This document shows positions 10,230-16,565 of a stretch of 16,565 bases of DNA, one piece after another (the first letter of the stretch is position 1; the number at the start of each line of letters is the position of its first letter). Source of the DNA: Azolla caroliniana (Eukaryota; Plantae; Polypodiophyta). Position numbers and translations under genes: made by a program. A model generated the notes under the pieces. That model saw only the letters and a list, made by a program, of their open reading frames with translations. It made no database searches and had not been told where the DNA came from. The stretch spans positions 1 through 16,565 of the forward strand of contig JBHGNT010000736.1 in NCBI GenBank assembly GCA_043228905.1, read 5' to 3'.

Positions 10230-10480
10230 CTACAAGGTAGTATAAACTATCTATGTGAAAACAATGCATGCACATATGCGGCTCATCCTTCATGGTGGAC
10301 ATTTGAGTATGACACTTAACATTATCACGCCCATCTAACAAATTATCATATTTCTCATTAATTACAATATACGTTGAGCATGTGATAAGTGAGTGATATT
10401 CATCCTCCATGAGGTTTTCATTGCATACCTCACACCTCAATACTTGACTTGTGTAAGCAACTTGCCACTTCATGTTTAGT
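10230..10480 (-). mobile_element. Degenerate 3' fragment of a non-LTR retrotransposon (LINE) ORF2
   Basis: RCEVCNENLMEDEYHSLITCSTY matches the C-x2-C...EDExH...C-x2-Y zinc knuckle found after the RT in LINE ORF2 proteins. Boundaries are approximate. Confidence 0.6.
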
Positions 10481-10501
10481 GCCGCTTGTGACCTATCCGC
10501 G

Positions 10502-10905
10502 ATGATCACGTAACTTCCATAGCATCACCAGAGAGCTCCAATAGATCTTTTATTCCCCATCTCTTAAATGGTTTCATCTTCAATGCCTCTAATGATCTAA
10601 TATCCTCAATGATCACATAACTTCCATAGCATAACCCGAGGCCCAACAGCTCAAACAGATATTTTAGTCCGCATCCTATTAAACAGTTTTATCTTTAATG
10701 CCTCTAGTGATCTAATCCTCAATGATCACATAACTTCCATAGCATAACCCGAGACCTCCAATAGATCTTTTACTCCTTATCTAGTAAACCGTTTCCTCTG
10801 TAGTGGCTCTAGTGTTCTAGTCCTCAATGATCACATAACTTCCATAGCATAACCCGAAAGAGCTCCAATAGATCTTTTACTCCCCATCTCTTAAAACCAT
10901 TTCAT
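10502..10905. repeat. Tandem repeat, ~3.7 units of 105-113 bp
   Basis: Units start at 10502, 10609, 10722 and 10827 with the core ATGATCAC(A/G)TAACTTCCATAGCAT. The remainder of each unit is also homologous (CTCCAATAGATCTTTT...CCTCTA-TGATCTA-TCCTCA). Confidence 0.92.
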
Positions 10906-12421
10906 ATTGTGAAGCACCTTAGCCAAGATCATAGGATTTTGCTCCTCTCAATTTTCAAGGGGTATGGAGAGAATTTTGAAAACTGAGGGAGGGGTATGCA
11001 GGGATTATTATTCACATCTTCTGTGGGAGAATTTCGTGAACGATCAGTGATTGAATCTCGACAGAGAATCGATTCGCTAGCAGAGAAAAAGACCGCATTT
11101 TTGGAGAAACAGACAAGAAGAACTCTGTTTTGGTGTCCGCGCGTGTGTCGAAAAACAGGTGCCGATATTTTTGAGTTTTTCCATGGATTCATAATTTATT
11201 TTGAGTTCGTAATTCATCACCTATTCCACTTGAGCTAATTCCTTCTTTTTATTCTAACCTTAGACGATTAGAAAGGAAATGTGGAAATGAATTGTAGACC
11301 AGATGATTGAGAAATGAATTGTATCTATATGTACGTAGTGTGTGTATGCATAAATATAGATGTATGTATGCATGTATATATATATTCGAGTTGAAGCAGT
11401 GTAGGATTAACAGGTTTCCAAATTGTTACCCCCATTTGTTATTCTGGAAAATATTGAAGGGAATTATCCACAAAACCTTAAATTTGGAGATTTTTCTTCC
11501 AGGTCTCCACAATTTTGTTTTTGAAGGAGCTTTAGAATTACATATTGCAAGTGAAACTACACTAAATCCCCGTTTCTTTTTTATGGAGACTGGATCTTGA
11601 TTTGAATGGAAAATTTGAATCCATGTCAGAAGACAAGAAACTGGGTTTGATAAAAATACTCACAAAGAATGAGAATTTTCCGTCATAGACCGACACCTTT
11701 AGCTATGGAAATTTTTATGTCATTTGTCTCCCTCAAATTAGAGTATAGTTGCATCAATGTGTTTTCTTTTGTCTTTTCCACAATCATATGTTTTTGATGA
11801 TAACATGGATCAAGAGAATAAGACCTTCCAACTGACGCGATGACTAGGCATCGGGAAAATTCCGAGAGATCCTTTGTGATCATGTCAAGAAGCCAAATCA
11901 AACCTGATTTCAAAACCTAACAATTATAAGCAGATAGTCTTCTTATTCACACAAAAAACCTGAAATTTCAATTCAGATAGTCATGACCCTTAATACACAC
12001 AAGTACAAAATCTTGCCAATTTCTTATGAGGAGCTGAGGATAAAAATAACAAAATTCAATGAAATATAATCCCTAATACAGAGATGCCAGTTATAATCAT
12101 GTGATGGTATATAATCATTGTCATGGGTAAGATATACATATATGTGCATGCAGGTATATGCTGTAATCTAAACGTGGAATTTACTAGTAAGATTATGCTA
12201 CCAACAAATTAATATCTATTATGTTGTGGCATTCAAAAATTTCAAAGATCAAACCTTTAAACATTTATTCTTTATACATAGTTCATAAAGAGACATCAAT
12301 CTTACTTACAAAGTTAGTTAGAAATTAAAAAGTTAAACCCAAAGATCTATTTGTTTGAGGATATCAACAATGGTATGTAATGACTAATATGAATTGAAAA
12401 TTCCTTGGTGCAGATGGGAAA

Positions 12422-15400
12422 ATGGTTTCAGAGGAGCGTAAGCTTGTGTGGAAGGGTGCGATCCCATTACAACTAGTTCTTCACAGCACAGAAGTTACCA
12501 CAATGCCATCACCTCCTCCAGCATTTGTATATCTCGATTTCACTTTGTTTTAGTATCCAAAGTTTATTTCTTTTCAATAAGTTGATTCATTTTGTTCACA
12601 TTTCAATATTGTCATTGAAAGATTCACTCAAGATCATTAGATTTTTTCCATTGTTTGAGAGAACAATGCCTCTAAAACTTCATTTCTCGGGTAATTTGTA
12701 CAGATACTTGCACCGCGAAATGGATACTTGCCTCTTTTAGTTCCTACAGTGAAGCCACGTTTTCAAAGCGCTTTGCCAATTGGACAAGACACTGGATGGT
12801 TTGAATATGAAGATCTTCCTTTAAAGTGGTAATTGATTTATAACATTTTTCTTTTGGAATCACTCAAAGAACTCAGATATATTGTCATTTAATTGGTGTG
12901 TATAATCCATGCATCTGTCTTTAATTTCTTAAAGAATACTCCTTAAGTTTTACCTCAAGATAGGAATATCTCATATTCTGATAGACAATCATCATATGGT
13001 TTTATTGAAGTATGTTCGATGTCTATCCCATTGTGTATAGCATTTCTATGAATTGATATATAGAGGAATAAAATAGACAGTTAATAATGTGCCATGTGTA
13101 TGCATTCCTGTGAAGGATCTATGAATAATTTTCTTTTTTATGGCATCGGCAGGCATATTCCTATTGGAGTACTTTTTGATCTTCTATGCTTCAATCCAGA
13201 AAGACCTTGGAATCTTGTGGTATGTGCTTGAAACTATTTTCAGATGCACTACATTTTTAAAACATACCTTTATTGGTTGACCTATTTCTTATGGGTTGTG
13301 GTAGGCTTTTTTATGTACTCTGATAGATATGATCCATTCGTGTATGTTTTCGTGTTTGATTCATAGGACTTACATTTCTGCTTTTTGAGCTGAATGTTAT
13401 GGTCTACTTTCAATTTCGAAAAGAAACAAAAATTTAAATGGTGGCTTCTCAATATACAATGGACACTGTATTTTTAGAAATGATAAAAATTTAGTGTTGA
13501 TGGTCTTGTGCTACTTGAACTGATGCTCAGAAGATTGTGGCTTGGGGTTAGCTTCCATGTTTTCAGTTTTTTGTTTTCTTTTGCATTTTACCCTTTTTTC
13601 TTTGTTCAAATTATAATGAAAGCATGTCTGTTTGTGTTTGAAAGGCACAAGTTCATAAAGCAAGAATTTTGGTGGCAAGTTTGAAAATAAATTGTTTAGA
13701 ACGTGTTCATATCTCTTAGTTGATCTAAGAACTGGGGCATGGGAAAAAAATGAGAAAGGTAATGCTATGATAAAATTAGGAGTTTGGCATAGATGGCCAT
13801 CATCAGGTTGCACCATGGCGTGAAAGAATCTATGTTCTTTGTCATTTAGATGCACTTTGGTTGCTGGCTATTATGTATTCAATTCAAATATTATGTTAAA
13901 GATAGTGCATAACATTACAGAATAAACAAGTGGATATGATTATGAAGTTTGAATTTTCCTTCTTCATGATATCGTATTTATAGAACTTCCAAAGTTTTCC
14001 TGTGATAGAGAGATGATGAGAGACTATACAATATCCTTTAGGGCATGAATAACAAAGCTTCATTACCATTATTAACAGGTCCATTTTAGAGGTTATCCTG
14101 CTGAGCTTATTCCTTATGATGGGGAAGACGCGGTTAAATGGAACTACATCAATTCCCTTAAGGAGGTGAGTGACATGATATACATCTTTCTGCTTGTTTC
14201 TCCTCTCTTCCCACCTACTAATCAGTTTTATAATATTTTTCTGAGGATTTTCTCTTGTGCTGAAGATTTTTGGATTGTCATGTGAGAAAGATTAATGGGT
14301 CTTATCTAGGTCATGGTGTTTTGAAACATCATTCATTATTTAAGTTTTTTTAACTTAGAATCTATTCATTACTAGAGGCTGGTTTTGTGAACTAGTTCTT
14401 TTTTCAACAGGCATCATACGTTACACATGGAAGCACAAAGCATGTGATGAATTTATCCCAGTCTGATCAAGTAGATCTTTGGCGATCAGTTGTGCAAGGT
14501 TCTCTAACTAAAAATACTGAAAAATTCTGCACAAAAAGTGCTTTTATTTTTGTACAGCTACATTCTTTTAAGAATTGTACAAAGAGAAATATTGTCCAGG
14601 TGATCTTGAAAATTATGATCGTGTGTCTTTGAAGTTGGCATCTACTCCTGGCACAAGCTCAACTGTTGGACAAACACAATCAAAGCAGATAGGTGAATTG
14701 ATGAAGTTAAAATGCACGTGGCTAGCTATATAAATATCATCTACTGTTATAGTGTAGATTGATTGAAGTCATGAAGTGCCTCTGCTTGGGTGTGTAGTAG
14801 GGATTGGTGGGGAGACTATACCCTTGAGAATTCCTTTGCGCTTGTATATAAGAACCCTGAAAGTGGAGAATTCAGATTGGACCAAGGCATTGGCAATGAA
14901 AAACTGGGATGAAATCACATACATAGCAAGACCAATGGATGTATGGGGAGATGATGGTATACCTGCATAACTTTTCAGCATTCTGATAGATTGTGTTGTT
15001 ACTTTTAAAAGTTTGAATTCCGTATTTCTAGATTGATGACTGCCTAGATTTTGAATAGCTTCATGCTAAAAAAATATAAACAATATAAAAACATTGTCTC
15101 ATATCCTTTTACTAGCATTATTCTTAAGCTTCTAAATTTGTAAGTTTTCATGAGTATGAAGGATTGTAAGAGTCTCTAACTCTAATCAAATGGTCTATCT
15201 ATTCTAGGTTATAAAAAGGAAACTTTCCATTCTTCTTTTTGAACTTGTAATTTGATGGCATGTAAAACTAGGATTAAAAAAGCTTTTATTTTTATTTTTT
15301 CTGCTGCTATTACATCACGGTGAGAGATAGCATTTTAACTCTGAGACTTTTACTTTTTAGCTTTCTGAATTTTTACATTACATTTTTGTGTCTTTTGTTT

Positions 15401-15786
15401 ATGAACTTTTTGGACCAAATGTTCTATGTTGTTCAGGAATTGTTCTGACACTTTGGGAGGCTCTCAAAAGGATTGTACCGGAGCTGTGTTCACTTGCAAT
15501 GGAGATTCCAGGGAGGGAGAGAAGGTTCCCTTTTCCTCTAATAAGGGAAAATGAATTAGTCGATCACATAAATGTACAAAGTGAACAACTATATTTTAAG
15601 AGCTTAAACTTGTCTCATAGGATACCGAAACCACATTTCCAAAATGGAATCATCCGTATACAAGGTATTGAACCCAACCCAGACTTGCCTATGGATTGGA
15701 TAGCTCAAAATCTTAGAGGCCCTGACCATTTCTTGCATGCTTGTGTACTAATAATAGCAGCTTGCCAAGGCCAAGAAAGTGAGTAA
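12422..15786 (+). CDS. ATG5: Autophagy protein 5 (ATG5), eight coding exons, ~356 aa
   Basis: Exons: 12422-12526, 12704-12828, 13153-13219, 14079-14165, 14411-14498, 14600-14692, 14801 (or 14798)-14956, 15437-15786; all GT..AG and phase-consistent. Peptide: VWKGAIPLQL...LAPRNGYLPLL...[22 protein letters not shown]...PERPWNLVVHFRGYP...VKWNYINSLKEA...MNLSQSDQVDLW...RIPLRLY...RIQGIEP...PMDWIAQNLRGPDHFLH. The ATG12-acceptor Lys of SLKEA is at 14160-14162. The true start may lie in an upstream exon. Confidence 0.96.
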
Positions 15787-16565
15787 AAAATTTCTTTTAT
15801 GGGGCAACAAAAAGCATGTGATTAAAGTAGCCTGAATCTATTGCATACAAATCACATATTATTCCATGAAATTAGCTGTTTGGGGGAGAGCAGATTGAAA
15901 ATGATATGGATTTGTGCTTCAAACGTTGTAGTTTCAATTGTAAGAACTTTTAAGTAAACCTTTGAAAGCAAGTTGAGAGTCGAGGTTTGCTTCATTGTTG
16001 TATGAAGTCATATGATCATTCGATTTGACTTCATATTGGACTGGAAGGATGTCATGTTGCTTCAAATTTTAGAATGTGTCCATTTGACCACAAAAATGAG
16101 AAAGGCACATTTTGAATTTCCATTGACTTTCTACCTTTTTATGATATCAACATAGAATCCCAAAGGCCGGTTTTCTCATGTATTTATTTTATTTTTGTCA
16201 ACATTACATCACACTATGACTTCTTTATTTTGAGCACCATCACATTGGTTTATTAGCATTATTTTAAGATGATGGTAGGTTTCCAACCCTTGGGTCATGG
16301 AAACAAGAACATAAAGAGTCAAAGACATATTTTTAGAGAAAACATTTAGGATACATGATCATAGACTTGTTAATTGTAGCTTGAAGTCAATGCTTCCAAA
16401 TCAGGCTTTATCATGCAATGAGATGCCTCTTTTCTTTGTCTAGATGACAATACTTGTTGTCACCATGGTATTTCATAACGTAATTTCGCAATATGTGCGT
16501 AAATATTTTAGATGGCCCTGTGTTTTATGTAGAGGTTAAAGGGTTGACATAGATATTCAAACAGT

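Noticed and set aside
10502-10905. CRISPR-like array (31-bp repeat with ~75-bp spacers)
   Set aside because: The spacers are homologous to each other and too long, there are no cas genes, and the context is eukaryotic. It is a tandem repeat.
10929-14084. Small ORFs at 10929, 10996, 11307, 11683, 12525, 13511 and 13896
   Set aside because: They lie in the probable ATG5 promoter/UTR or introns, are AT-rich and show no motifs.

Overview
Eukaryotic, intron-containing land-plant DNA; a bryophyte-like host is my inference. Left to right: (1) the 5' part of an intact ORF (812..1, minus strand, missing from the ORF track because it runs off the window) resembling a Sola2/DUF7869-type DNA transposase. 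(2) Head-to-head with it across 297 bp, a six-exon gene (1110..4632, ~960-968 aa) fusing a ParB/Srx-like domain to a prokaryote/phage-type beta-class DNA amino-(N6A/N4C) methyltransferase. Together these look like a DNA transposon carrying an intronized DNA methyltransferase cargo, and this is the main finding. (3) A decayed Ty1/Copia LTR retrotransposon (5870..9974, minus strand) with TAACT target-site duplication, a tRNA-iMet PBS, one full 639-bp LTR and one LTR truncated by an internal deletion. (4) A small LINE relic and a ~107-bp tandem repeat. (5) A host ATG5 autophagy gene with eight coding exons (12422..15786). All family assignments come from motif recognition by eye, with no database searches.
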